A stretch of DNA of 64,000 nucleotides from Arcobacteraceae bacterium (GTDB lineage: Bacteria; Campylobacterota; Campylobacteria; Campylobacterales; Arcobacteraceae), in assembly GCA_048268245.1 (NCBI GenBank), contig JBLWVX010000011.1:9660-73659 (forward strand), given 5' to 3'. This document shows positions 32,911-43,198 of the stretch, piece after piece (position 1 is the first letter of the stretch; every line of letters begins with the position of its first letter). A program made the translations under genes and the position numbers. The notes below the pieces were generated by a model. The model worked only from the letters and a program-made list of their open reading frames with translations, ran no database searches and had not been told where the DNA came from.

Positions 32911-35781
32911 CTATCTATCGTAAAACATTCCTACAAAACTAGTCACTTTATCAATGATATTAGTTATAGCTTTCTTTCTACCTAATGCTTTAGGTTTTTC
33001 CACTAAAGTATTAATAACTACATCAGGTTCAGGTTTCTTACCATCATAAATATATGTATCTACGACTGACTTAAAGGCTTCTTTATGTAAGTTCTCTTCT
33101 TTAACCATTACTTCAAATACTTTGGTTTTTTCTTCTTCCATAAAATTATCAAACTCTTCTTCAATCTCTTCAATATTAATGCTATCAAGTGTAGTATCTA
33201 TGAACTTCTCAATTAATTCTTTCTTACTTCTTAGCTTAGGGTTTGAGTTTATGATATTAATAATATTAGCTCTTTGTTTTTCTTTTTGTTCTGCTGTCGA
33301 GTTTGCATACTTAGCTAGAAGCTTTAGGATATAAGCTACATTAATCTCATCTTTATGAATCAACTCTAATTCAAAGTCAACGTCATCAAGTATAGAAACT
33401 TTCTCGCTTCCTTGTCCTGTTTTGTTAGCTTTGATTTTATCATAAAGGTCAAGGTACTTAGATTTATAGTCTTCAAACATTTGTTCACTCATGGACAAGT
33501 CAGACCATTTGAAGTCACTAAACCCATCAAGAATATTTTTTAGTCTTATTAGCTCTCTAAATGCTTTAATAAACTCTAATTGTTCTTCTTCATCGATGAT
33601 TGAATCAACACTGCTAACACTTGGAGCAATCTTAATTAATTCTTGAAATGCTTCATTGAACTTTTGTACATAATACTCATAAGGCTTCATTAAAATAATG
33701 TCTTTAGCTTCTTTGTTAGAGAACAATGCAATAGCATCATCTGTGTTTTTCTTCAAGTTTCTAAAACACACAATGTTACCTTGAGACTTTTGCTCATTTA
33801 GTATTCTATTAGTTCTACTATAGGCTTGTATCAGACCATGATACTTCAAGTTCTTATCAACATAAAGGGTATTAAGCCTTGGACTGTCAAAGCCTGTTAA
33901 GAACATGTTTACTACCAACAGAATGTCTATCTCTTTTTGCTTAACCTTCTTAGAGATGTCATTATAGTAGTTATAGAAGCTTTGAGAGTCTTTTGTGCTG
34001 AACTTAGTGTTAAACATAGAGTTATAGTCTTCAATGTACTCATCAAGCTTCTCACGACTGTGTTTATTAATATGAGACTCATCTATGTGTGCTCCATCAG
34101 ATTCATCAAGTTCATAGATTCCATTAGCATCTTTGTCATCTTCATTTGCACTGTATGAAAAGATAGTAGCTACTTTTAGCTTGTGCTCTTTGCTCTTGAA
34201 AGCTTCATAATACTTGTGAAGAACATCAACACTACTAACACACATCATAGCTGTGAACTCTCTAGAGTGAGTTTTCCTGTCATGGTTAGCTAAGATATAA
34301 TCAACAATCTTTCCAACCCTTTCTTTACTTTCTAACAGCTCTTTAACGTCTATGTTTTCAACTTCAATATCTACTTCAGTAGCACTGCCTTCTTTCTCTT
34401 TGTATCTTCCTATGTACTCAACTGAGAACTTCAACACATTATCATCACTAATAGCATCTGTTATCACATACTGATGAAGCTTTCCATCTTCTCCACCAAA
34501 CAGCTCTGCTGTAGTTCTCTTTCCATACTTATTGCCTACTGCATTCTCAGGAAAGATTGGAGTACCTGTAAAGCCTATTAGCTGAGCTTTTTCAAAGAAG
34601 CCTGTGATGTTTTTATGGGTTTCTCCAAACTGTGACCTATGGCACTCATCAAAGATGAAGACAACGTTTTTATCTCTTAAAGCTTCCATCTCTTTTAGGT
34701 AGTGAGGTTTACTAATAGCTGTATTTAGCTTTTGAATGGTAGTGATGATTAGGTTACTATCTTTTAGTACACCTTTTCTGTCTTTGTGTTTTCCTAAGAA
34801 CTGATTCACTAGAACTTTAGTATTGTCTGTTCCATCAACTGAACCATCAGAGAAGCTGTTGAACTCTTTTGAGGTTTGAAAGTCTAAGTCTTTTCTATCA
34901 ACAACAAAGACAACCTTATCAACTTCAGGAAGCTTCACTAGGATTTGAGATGCTTTGAATGATGTTAGAGTTTTACCTGAACCTGTTGTATGCCAAATGT
35001 AACCATTCTTTTGAGTGTTCTTAATCCTATCAACAATAGCTTCAACTGCATAGTATTGATAAGGTCTTAGAACCATTAGTATCTTTGGAACTTCAGCTAA
35101 AACAATATACTTACAAATCATCTTAGACACATGACATCGCTCTAGAAAGATTGAAGTGAACTCCTCAAGGTTTTTGATGTTAATGTTGTTCTTATCAGCC
35201 CAATAGAAAGTCTGCTTGAATGACTGCTTACGATTGTTCGCATAGTACTTAGTGTTAACACCATTAGAGATTACAAAAAGCTGTACATAGTGAAATAAAG
35301 CACTGTTAAACCCATATGAGTGTCTTTGGTATCTGTTGATTTGATTGAAGGCTTCCTTTAGTTCTAGACCTCTCCTTTTTAGCTCAATCTGAACTAGAGG
35401 TAATCCATTGATAAGGATTGTTACATCGTATCTGTTCTTGTACTTACCTTCTATAGTAACTTGTTGTGTAACTTGAAATAGATTCTGACACCAATGCTCT
35501 GAGTCTAAAAACTCAATATACTTTGTGTCTCCATTGTCTAAAGTTAAAGCATATTTGTCTCGAAGAAGTTTAGCCTTCTCAAAGACATTACCTTTGTTTA
35601 TATGGTTTAGGATTCTTTCAAACTCATCAGAGCTTAGACTTGTCTTGTTGTGTTTTTCAAGTTGTGACTTTAGGTTTGACAGAAGTGAAGCTTCGTCTTT
35701 GATGACCACTTTCTCATAGCCTTGAGAGCTTAACTGTTTTACTAAGTTGTCTTCTAGTACTGCTTCACTTTGTTTACTCAT
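32911..35781 (-). CDS. hsdR: Type I restriction endonuclease subunit R
   Basis: RYDVTILINGLPLVQIELK, QINRY, HTTGSGKT, DECHR, GFTGTP, FLTGFD, QAYSRTNR. Confidence 0.96.
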   Translation of the reverse strand: MSKQSEAVLEDNLVKQLSSQGYEKVVIKDEASLLSNLKSQLEKHNKTSLSSDEFERILNHINKGNVFEKAKLLRDKYALTLDNGDTKYIEFLDSEHWCQNLFQVTQQVTIEGKYKNRYDVTILINGLPLVQIELKRRGLELKEAFNQINRYQRHSYGFNSALFHYVQLFVISNGVNTKYYANNRKQSFKQTFYWADKNNINIKNLEEFTSIFLERCHVSKMICKYIVLAEVPKILMVLRPYQYYAVEAIVDRIKNTQKNGYIWHTTGSGKTLTSFKASQILVKLPEVDKVVFVVDRKDLDFQTSKEFNSFSDGSVDGTDNTKVLVNQFLGKHKDRKGVLKDSNLIITTIQKLNTAISKPHYLKEMEALRDKNVVFIFDECHRSQFGETHKNITGFFEKAQLIGFTGTPIFPENAVGNKYGKRTTAELFGGEDGKLHQYVITDAISDDNVLKFSVEYIGRYKEKEGSATEVDIEVENIDVKELLESKERVGKIVDYILANHDRKTHSREFTAMMCVSSVDVLHKYYEAFKSKEHKLKVATIFSYSANEDDKDANGIYELDESDGAHIDESHINKHSREKLDEYIEDYNSMFNTKFSTKDSQSFYNYYNDISKKVKQKEIDILLVVNMFLTGFDSPRLNTLYVDKNLKYHGLIQAYSRTNRILNEQKSQGNIVCFRNLKKNTDDAIALFSNKEAKDIILMKPYEYYVQKFNEAFQELIKIAPSVSSVDSIIDEEEQLEFIKAFRELIRLKNILDGFSDFKWSDLSMSEQMFEDYKSKYLDLYDKIKANKTGQGSEKVSILDDVDFELELIHKDEINVAYILKLLAKYANSTAEQKEKQRANIINIINSNPKLRSKKELIEKFIDTTLDSINIEEIEEEFDNFMEEEKTKVFEVMVKEENLHKEAFKSVVDTYIYDGKKPEPDVVINTLVEKPKALGRKKAITNIIDKVTSFVGMFYDR

Positions 35782-35797
35782 GGGTTTCCTTTAGTCT

Positions 35798-37018
35798 TTA
35801 CACAAACATCTGTTGTAGGAGTGCTTTCTTGAACTGTTTTGTTGCTTCTAGTTGTCTTGTAAACTTTTGTATTTTATCATCTAAGCTTTGGAAGAAAACA
35901 ACTATCTTCGATTGTTCTTCTAACTCAGGAATAGATATTGAATCACTTATTGCATAAGAGTTATTGATTTTCATATCATTTTTTGCTCCTTTGTGAACAA
36001 GTGGTCTAAAGTAACTATTCACATTGTCATCAAGCTGAAAATAGTAGTCAATAAATAAAGGATTCAAGTTTTCTTTTGGTCTATAAACTGCATAAAGAGT
36101 TGAAACAACTCCAGCTTTTTTCTTGTTAACCTTTACAATACCATAAGGATTAGCCTTCAATGGACTTTTAGTATAAACAATATCATTAACCTTTACTACA
36201 TGATAGTTATTTATTGACGCCCCTGCAAAAGAACGACCTTGAAACTCTATTTGATTAACAATCCCAAACTCTCCCGAAACTGATAATACATCATTTTTTG
36301 TATAGCTATCATCAATGTTTCTTTCTTTGTGTTCATACATTAGTTCATTTAGCTTTCTTTTTTTCCAAGAAGGAAACTCTCTTCCATCATCAGCTTTAAA
36401 CCTAATCTCTTGTGAGAAGATTTTCTGCATCACACCTTTTTTGTATTGCTTTAGTAGTTCTTCTTTTTTTGTTAGCTGTTCTATTTTAGTATCAACTGAA
36501 GTAAGGAATGAAGCTATCTTTTCTTGTTCTTGTTTTACAGGAATTGATATAGGAATACTTTTGATTATAGAACCACTTAAGTTTTTTTGTCCACCATCAT
36601 TACTAAGATTTCGGATGTTATCATACTGTCCTGCTAAATATTGATATAAGAATATATAACTTGTATCTTTTGGTTTGATAGATGCACACGCTTGATTTGT
36701 AGTTGCTTGTATTTTTAAAATACCTACTTTGCCTCTTGTCTTACCTTGTCCATACATAGCCATCAGTATAGTGTTTTTTTCAAATAGTTTGGCAGATGAG
36801 TTATTTAAGGCTTCTTCTGTTATGTATTCTTCTGCACCTTGGATATCTTTAAAATCAATCAAAGAAGTAGTAACCCAAGGTATAGTTCCATTCCAATAAG
36901 AGGATTTGCTTCTTGATGGGGTACCACCTGAACTAACAACAGCTATATTACCAATATTAGTATTTTCCCACTCTCTACTAAACTCTTTGAATCTTAACTT
37001 AGGTACATTACTCATCAT
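35798..37018 (-). CDS. hsdS: Type I R-M specificity subunit S
   Basis: PKLRF, two TRDs, conserved EQEKIASFL / EQSKIV helices, KKALLQQMFV. Confidence 0.95.
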   Translation of the reverse strand: MMSNVPKLRFKEFSREWENTNIGNIAVVSSGGTPSRSKSSYWNGTIPWVTTSLIDFKDIQGAEEYITEEALNNSSAKLFEKNTILMAMYGQGKTRGKVGILKIQATTNQACASIKPKDTSYIFLYQYLAGQYDNIRNLSNDGGQKNLSGSIIKSIPISIPVKQEQEKIASFLTSVDTKIEQLTKKEELLKQYKKGVMQKIFSQEIRFKADDGREFPSWKKRKLNELMYEHKERNIDDSYTKNDVLSVSGEFGIVNQIEFQGRSFAGASINNYHVVKVNDIVYTKSPLKANPYGIVKVNKKKAGVVSTLYAVYRPKENLNPLFIDYYFQLDDNVNSYFRPLVHKGAKNDMKINNSYAISDSISIPELEEQSKIVVFFQSLDDKIQKFTRQLEATKQFKKALLQQMFV

Positions 37019-37024
37019 CTACCT

Positions 37025-38587
37025 CTAAAATGGCTTAGCAATACCAAGCTCATCACAGAACTCAGCTATTGTTTCATCTGTAGTAACCATATCTGACTCT
37101 AAAGCTTTTAGCTTAGAACTAACTTCATCTAAGTCAACAGGTTCTTCTTCTTCAAAAGTGTCTACATACCTAGGGATATTTAAGTTATAGTCATTCTCTT
37201 TGATTTCATCCATTGAAGCTAGGTGTGAATACTTCTCTATCTCTTCTCTATTAGTGTAAGTCTGTACAATCTTAGAGACATTCTCATCAGTCATGTAGTT
37301 TTGGTTCTTAGCTTTCTCAAACTCATTTGAAGCATCCATAAACAAGACATTGTCACTATCTTCTCTGCACTTCTTAAACACTAAGATACAAGTAGGGATT
37401 GAAGTTCCATAGAAGATGTTAGCAGGAAGACCAATAACAGCGTCTAAGTAGTTTCTATCTTCAATCAGGTACTTTCTTATGTGTCCTTCTGCTGAACCTC
37501 TGAACAGTACTCCATGGGGTAAAACTATAGCCATAGTTCCATTATCATCTAAGTGATGTATCATATGCTGTACAAAAGCAAAGTCTGCTTTAGAAGAAGG
37601 TGCTAGTTTTCCATACTGAGAGAATCTGTCATCACTTAAGAACAAATCATTAGCTGACCATTTAGCTGAGAATGGAGGATTAGCAACGATTGCTTCAAAC
37701 CTGTCATCCAAGTGCTGAGGGTGTTCTAAAGTATCTTCATGCTTGATGTCAAACTTTCTGTAGTGCACATCATGCATAATCATGTTCATTCTTGCTAAGT
37801 TGTAAGTTGTAGCATTTAACTCTTGACCATAGAAGTTAGAGACATCAGATACCTCTTTAGCAACTCTAAGAAGTAGTGAACCTGAACCACATGTTGGGTC
37901 ATACACAGACTTTAGTTTTGTCTTACCAGTAGTTACTATCTTAGCTAAGACTTTAGATACTTGCTGAGGTGTATAAAACTCTCCTGCTTTCTTTCCTGCA
38001 CCTGCGGCGAACTGACCAATAAGATACTCATAAGCATCACCAAGGATGTCACTTTCGGTATCTTTTAGTTCAAAGTCTATGTTATCTAAGTGAGTAAGAA
38101 CTCTTACTATCAACTCATTTCTTTTTTCAACAGTTTTCCCAAGTTTCACAGAAGTTAGGTCAAGGTCATCAAACAGGTTTACGAAGTCATCTTCACTGTC
38201 ATGCCCCATTGTTGTTTGCTCTATGTTTCTTAGGATTGACGTTAGGTCTTCAAGGATGAAGTTGTTCTCTGTTCCACTTCCTCTTTTTGCTATTTCAGAA
38301 AATAGTTCATTAGGTCTTAAAAAGTATCCTAGTTTTTCTAAAGCTTCATCTTTAACTACTTCAATATACTCTTTTTCTTGTTCATGTCCTAAAACTTCTA
38401 GATATGAAATACCATCCTCTTTTAGTATTTGTGTATTTGCATAATCTTCAATCTTCTCAGATAAGTACTTGTAAAAAATAAATCCTAGTATGTAATCTCT
38501 AAACTCATCAGCATCCATCTTCCCTCTAAGGGTATCTGCAATGTTCCATAGTTGTCTTTCAAGTTGTTTTTTATGCTCGTCGCTCAA
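37025..38587 (-). CDS. hsdM: Type I R-M methyltransferase subunit M (m6A)
   Basis: LWNIAD, GEFYTP, YDPTCGSGSLL, NPPF, PHGVLFR, YNLNIPRYV. Confidence 0.96.
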   Translation of the reverse strand: MSDEHKKQLERQLWNIADTLRGKMDADEFRDYILGFIFYKYLSEKIEDYANTQILKEDGISYLEVLGHEQEKEYIEVVKDEALEKLGYFLRPNELFSEIAKRGSGTENNFILEDLTSILRNIEQTTMGHDSEDDFVNLFDDLDLTSVKLGKTVEKRNELIVRVLTHLDNIDFELKDTESDILGDAYEYLIGQFAAGAGKKAGEFYTPQQVSKVLAKIVTTGKTKLKSVYDPTCGSGSLLLRVAKEVSDVSNFYGQELNATTYNLARMNMIMHDVHYRKFDIKHEDTLEHPQHLDDRFEAIVANPPFSAKWSANDLFLSDDRFSQYGKLAPSSKADFAFVQHMIHHLDDNGTMAIVLPHGVLFRGSAEGHIRKYLIEDRNYLDAVIGLPANIFYGTSIPTCILVFKKCREDSDNVLFMDASNEFEKAKNQNYMTDENVSKIVQTYTNREEIEKYSHLASMDEIKENDYNLNIPRYVDTFEEEEPVDLDEVSSKLKALESDMVTTDETIAEFCDELGIAKPF

Positions 38588-38661
38588 TCTAAACCTTATA
38601 AATATTATCTGTATAAAGTTAAGATATTACCTAAAAAGTGCTAATTATAAAATAAAAATAA

Positions 38662-39819
38662 CTAACTTACATATTCATATAACGTTATATCTTGGTTACT
38701 AATAATTGAGCCATCTTTTATATCATCAACTCCTAAATGAATATAGTTTAAACTAGTATGATAACTTTTATGTCCCATAAATGTCATAATTTTATACCCA
38801 TTCCATTTACTTACACTCGCTAGTCTTGATGCAACTGTATGTCTCAGTCCATAAGGGACATAGTCTTTATGTATTTCTTTATCAGTCCAGTTTAGATGTT
38901 TTTTCATTATTGTCCATCTGTTGCCAACCATATCTTGTGTTAGTCTAGTGAACTTTAGAGTTTTGTATTTACTGTCACTTACAATGTCTTTAAGTTCAAT
39001 ATCGCAAGGAAGTTTCTTTTTATGTATGATAGTTAGAGAGTATTTAATATGCTCTTTAATAGCTTTTAGTACAATGCCTTCAAGTGGCAAAGTCCTGATG
39101 AGATTGTTTTTTGTTGAATTATATGAACCTCTAGATATTGTAACATGGTTATTATAGAAATCAAAGTCACCTAACTGAAGATTAAAATATTCTGCTGGTC
39201 TTAATCCAAGTGATATATTAATTATAAAATACTTTATCATTTCCCAATCAGTACTATTATTTGTTTCCTTGTATCTTTCAACTAATGTTTGGTACATTTG
39301 ATATTCTTCATATCTTGAAAAGCATATTTTTCTTTTCTTATATACAGGCATTCTCAAACCTTCAAATGGAAGTTTATTGTCTAAAATTAGTTTTTGTTTA
39401 TTTTCCAAATACTCAATTGATGTTTTTAATGTTGATATATAGTGATTTATTGTTTTATTTGCGTAATTCTTCTTTATAAGATACCTTTTAAACCTATCAA
39501 GGTCATCGACAGTTAATGTTGAGATAAGTCTACTTTCTCCGAAAAACATAGATATTTTTTCCCATCTCATTAGTGGATTTTTTTTATCCCTAAAATATAT
39601 CCATTTAGTTTCATAAATATATGATGTAGCATCTTTGAAGCTTAATCCTAAGTCTATTTCTTTGGGATTGAGGTACTCTATAGGGTTAATAATATGTTTC
39701 TTCCATTCATCTTCTTTTTCTAAAGCTTTTTTCTTTATTTTTGTAGTCCAAGTTTTTTGATAACGTATTTTATTAATTATAAAATCAGACTTCCAAAATC
39801 CATTTTGTTTCTTATACAT
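38662..39819 (-). CDS. Second tyrosine recombinase/phage-type integrase
   Basis: KTINHYISTL, GLRPAE, TKN, YGLRHT, MGH, NYIH catalytic pattern. Confidence 0.85.
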   Translation of the reverse strand: MYKKQNGFWKSDFIINKIRYQKTWTTKIKKKALEKEDEWKKHIINPIEYLNPKEIDLGLSFKDATSYIYETKWIYFRDKKNPLMRWEKISMFFGESRLISTLTVDDLDRFKRYLIKKNYANKTINHYISTLKTSIEYLENKQKLILDNKLPFEGLRMPVYKKRKICFSRYEEYQMYQTLVERYKETNNSTDWEMIKYFIINISLGLRPAEYFNLQLGDFDFYNNHVTISRGSYNSTKNNLIRTLPLEGIVLKAIKEHIKYSLTIIHKKKLPCDIELKDIVSDSKYKTLKFTRLTQDMVGNRWTIMKKHLNWTDKEIHKDYVPYGLRHTVASRLASVSKWNGYKIMTFMGHKSYHTSLNYIHLGVDDIKDGSIISNQDITLYEYVS

Positions 39820-40198
39820 TTTTCTCCTTTATATGAATAATATTGGAAAAAATAAAATAAAGTCAAAGTTTTGAAAGACTATGATTACCCAAAGCTTACG
39901 AATCTACTCGTTAAGTAAAAAAAATACCAAAAAAATCTGAAACCCCATAATGTAAACCACAGTAAAAGTTATCCCCCCATACCCCCTCTTAAGTTCACAG
40001 ATAAAGAACTTTAAGGGGAAACTTCAAGCCCAACTATTAAAACCTTTCTGTGAGAAGCCTACAAGCTCTTTTCCTTTTTTAGTCTAATGTTTATATCAAG
40101 AAATAAGCTCTAGGGTTTCTACATAACCTTACAGACTTCTATTAATCTATCAATCTATAACCTTCATTAAAACTAAAGTATTTTATAAAGTCTTATAC

Positions 40199-40227
40199 TT
40201 GACAAAGTATTTATAATTTGATAAAGT
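40199..40227 (+). promoter_or_regulatory. Sigma70 promoter of the resolvase gene, overlapping a probable res-site palindrome
   Basis: TTGACA-N17-TAAAGT with an extended TG; the -35 lies inside ATACTT-gaca-AAGTAT. Confidence 0.55.
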
Positions 40228-40268
40228 TTCAAGCATAATATACCTTAAGACTTGAAAGGAGATTTTAA

Positions 40269-40901
40269 ATGACAATAGGATACCTAAGAGTTTCAACTGA
40301 TAGACAAACTGTAGAGAACCAAAAGAGTGTTATTAGAGCTTACTGTAATGATAAGTTAAAGATAACTGTTGATGATTGGATTGAAGTTGTAATGAGTTCA
40401 AGAAAAGACTTAAGAGACAGAAAGATAGATGAACTTTTATCAATACTTTCAAAAGATGATAAAGTGATTGTGAGTGAACTATCAAGGTTAGGTAGGTCAA
40501 CTCAAGAGGTTCTACAGACTATAGAGAAGCTTATGAAGTTAGAGGTAGAACTACATATCATTAAACAAAACCTTACAGTTAATCCAAACAATAAGAATGA
40601 CTTTGTATCAAAAGCTATGATTACTTTATTTGGTCTATTTGCAGAGTTAGAGCGAGACTTAATCAGTCAAAGAACTAAAGAGGCTTTAACAGCTAGAAAA
40701 GAACAAGGAGTTACTTTAGGGAAGCCTAAAGGTACACTTCAAAAGTCAAAATATGATGAGCATAAAGATAGGATAGTTGAACTTAAGAGTTTAGGTTTAT
40801 CACTTAACAAGATTGTATCTAATCATTTAGAGCCAGTTATGGGAAAAGGTAACTGTTCTGTTCAAAGCTTATCTACTTACTTAAAGAAAAGAGGTCTGTA
40901 A
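40269..40901 (+). CDS. Serine recombinase (resolvase family)
   Basis: GYLRVST, SELSRLGRS, FAELERDLISQRTKE, LGKPKG. Confidence 0.93.
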   Translation: MTIGYLRVSTDRQTVENQKSVIRAYCNDKLKITVDDWIEVVMSSRKDLRDRKIDELLSILSKDDKVIVSELSRLGRSTQEVLQTIEKLMKLEVELHIIKQNLTVNPNNKNDFVSKAMITLFGLFAELERDLISQRTKEALTARKEQGVTLGKPKGTLQKSKYDEHKDRIVELKSLGLSLNKIVSNHLEPVMGKGNCSVQSLSTYLKKRGL

Positions 40902-41272
40902 GTCTATCTTACAGCTCTTCTTTTAATCCACTAATACTTTTTATTAACTTACAACTAAAAGGCTTTGTAGGGTTTCCTACAGACTGTCTATACCTCAAAA
41001 ATTACTTACTAAAACTTATTTATTACAATACCCATAAAATCGAGCCTTTTTGAAGATACCCCTCTCTAGGAAGAGTGTTTAACTTATCAACTTCTAAAAA
41101 GACCTTTATTAAGGCTTTCTCTTAAGAGGGTGCAGTATAGGAGAGAACTTAATTTAGTAATCTCAATAATTCCCCTTAATTAGGTAGTTATCTGAAGGGG
41201 GACCCGTATAGGAAGTAAAGAGTGCTTCCTCTAGGAGGAAAACTAAAATCAAAATCATAAAAGGAGGTTCAG

Positions 41273-41752
41273 ATGAACAACAATCAAACACAACTGAAAG
41301 ATGTTGTAATGTTTACTGATGGCTCTTGTTTAGATAATGGTAGAAATGGAACTGGAGGATACTGTGCATTACTACAGACACCTAACAAGAAACATCAAAA
41401 GATAATTAAAGGTAGTGAGTTAGATACTACGAATAATCGTATGGAGATAACAGCTATCATTGAAGGACTAAAGGCAATTAAAAAGCCTTCAAGAGTTACA
41501 GTCTATAGTGACTCTAATATAACTGTAAGAGCTATTAATGAATGGCTTGAGGGTTGGATAAGAAAGAACTTTAGAAAGGTTGCTAATGTAGACCTTTGGA
41601 AAGAGTATTTAGAGGTATCAGCTAAACACCAAATTAAGGCTATATGGGTTAAAGCTCATAGTGGTATTTATGAGAATGAGCTTGTAGATGATATAGCTAG
41701 AAGTGAAGCTATGAAGTTACATAGTAAGAGAGGTGTTCATTATGAGTATTAA
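41273..41752 (+). CDS. rnhA: Ribonuclease HI (element-borne copy)
   Basis: TDGSC, TTNNRME, YSDS, WLEGW, NVDLW, WVKAHSG, NELVD; all catalytic residues present; strong AGGAGG RBS. Confidence 0.92.
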   Translation: MNNNQTQLKDVVMFTDGSCLDNGRNGTGGYCALLQTPNKKHQKIIKGSELDTTNNRMEITAIIEGLKAIKKPSRVTVYSDSNITVRAINEWLEGWIRKNFRKVANVDLWKEYLEVSAKHQIKAIWVKAHSGIYENELVDDIARSEAMKLHSKRGVHYEY

Positions 41753-42530
41753 GATTGATAACTTTAAACCATTTGATGAGTATGCAAAAGAAACTTACTT
41801 AAGTATTCTACATAACAAACAGCTCAAAACTCCTCAAGCACATATTACAGATGAAGATAGAAATATTCTTGAAAGAAAATGTCATGCTTATACTAAAAAC
41901 AATTATGAAGTCTTTAGTGAGTACCTTGAAGATATAATTATTAGCTATGAAAATGAAGCAGAACTTGAAATACATAATACTACGCTCTTAATAAATAAGC
42001 ATACAGGAGAGATTTTATCTGAAGATTTTCATATCATAGACAAGGATTATATAAAACTAAAAAGAAAAGAGTTAAATAGTCTTAAATATTACAAAAAGAA
42101 GTTTACTAAATCAAAAACTAATAGTAAGGTTAAAGTTGAAAACTATAAGTCTAACCACAGATATACTAAGCTCTTCTCTAAGGTTAAACCATTATTTAAA
42201 AACCATAAATATCTTGGTATCTTTTATGACATTAGTAGAGAATTAAGCCCTTATGAAAACATAGTATCTCAACAAAACAATGATGGTAGATTTACTCCAT
42301 TAACAACTAAACAGATACAAGAGAGGTTTAATATTTCTCCTGATGATATGAAGAGATTTAAAGCTGAAGCAAAAAGACTTAAAGTTATTAGTGATGTAAA
42401 ACTAAAAGGAAGAACTTTAGGTATAAGGGTAAATCCAGTTTATGCTCTAAATGGGCAAGATATAAGTGAAAGCTTATATAAAGCATTTAAAGACTCTAAA
42501 GAGTTTATAGAGAACTTCAAAGAAAACTAA
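41733..42530 (+). CDS. Putative replication/maintenance protein (RepL-like C-terminal winged HTH); likely start ATG 41742
   Basis: INKHTGEI motif, YTKLF, HTH-like LTTKQIQERFNIS and RVNPVYALNG; overlaps the rnhA stop. Confidence 0.5.
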   Translation: MFIMSIKIDNFKPFDEYAKETYLSILHNKQLKTPQAHITDEDRNILERKCHAYTKNNYEVFSEYLEDIIISYENEAELEIHNTTLLINKHTGEILSEDFHIIDKDYIKLKRKELNSLKYYKKKFTKSKTNSKVKVENYKSNHRYTKLFSKVKPLFKNHKYLGIFYDISRELSPYENIVSQQNNDGRFTPLTTKQIQERFNISPDDMKRFKAEAKRLKVISDVKLKGRTLGIRVNPVYALNGQDISESLYKAFKDSKEFIENFKEN

Positions 42531-42873
42531 AGGTGTATATACGCACTATTATAAAATCACTAGAACACCTATAATATGGGCTTTATTAAAGATTTAAGTT
42601 AACAAATGCTTCTTATATATAGTGAAAAATCTATAGATAACTTATATATTTAATTAGTATAGAAATGAGTTTAGGCTAGAGCTATATTAGCATTAAAAGT
42701 AAAGCTATTACTAGACCTTAATTTCATTTCTAAACAATCATAATCTTAGAGTAATACTTAAGTAATAACTATAAATTGACTTTAAATAAATACATTACTC
42801 CGTGTCTTTGATACTACCTATTTCTCTTTATCTAGTCTAAAAATATCACTTTCAACAAATCTCATTACAAAGG

Positions 42874-43086
42874 CTATCGGGTTTTTAGTCCCTCTTCACT
42901 GCTTCCTCTAGGAGAAGAAACTACAAAATCTCCATTGGAAATATGTTCTATTGCCCTTATTATAGGCTTAAGTAGAAAGACTATCGGGTTTTTAGTCCCT
43001 ATTACACCCCCTCTAGGAGAAGACTTTAATTAAAACTACAAAATCTCCATCGGAAATATATCCTGTTGCCCTTATTGTAGGGTTAA
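42874..43086 (+). repeat. Two imperfect ~100-bp tandem direct repeats
   Basis: Units 42874-42971 and 42981-43086 share CTATCGGGTTTTTAGTCCCT, CCTCTAGGAGAAGA, AAACTACAAAATCTCCAT, GGAAATAT, TTGCCCTTATT. Confidence 0.9.
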
Positions 43087-43124
43087 TTTAAAAAAATAAA
43101 ACAAGTACATAAAAGGAGAAGTAA

Positions 43125-43187
43125 ATGCCTACAGTTAAAGAGGTACTAGAAGAGCAAGCAATAGAATATGAAAGAAGTGCGTTATAG
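43125..43187 (+). CDS. Possible 20-aa peptide or gene remnant
   Basis: MPTVKEVLEEQAIEYERSAL* with a well-spaced AGGAG RBS. Confidence 0.35.
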   Translation: MPTVKEVLEEQAIEYERSAL

Positions 43188-43198
43188 GGAGACCTAAA

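Noticed and set aside
35798..39819. Phase-variable hsdS shufflon driven by the adjacent recombinase
   Set aside because: A single complete hsdS; no silent TRDs or flanking inverted repeats seen.
42874..43086. Possible CRISPR array
   Set aside because: Only two ~100-bp units, no short repeat/unique spacer alternation, and no cas genes.
41273..43086. Retron or other RT system (RNase H plus structured non-coding DNA)
   Set aside because: No reverse transcriptase ORF (no YADD-type motif) in the island.
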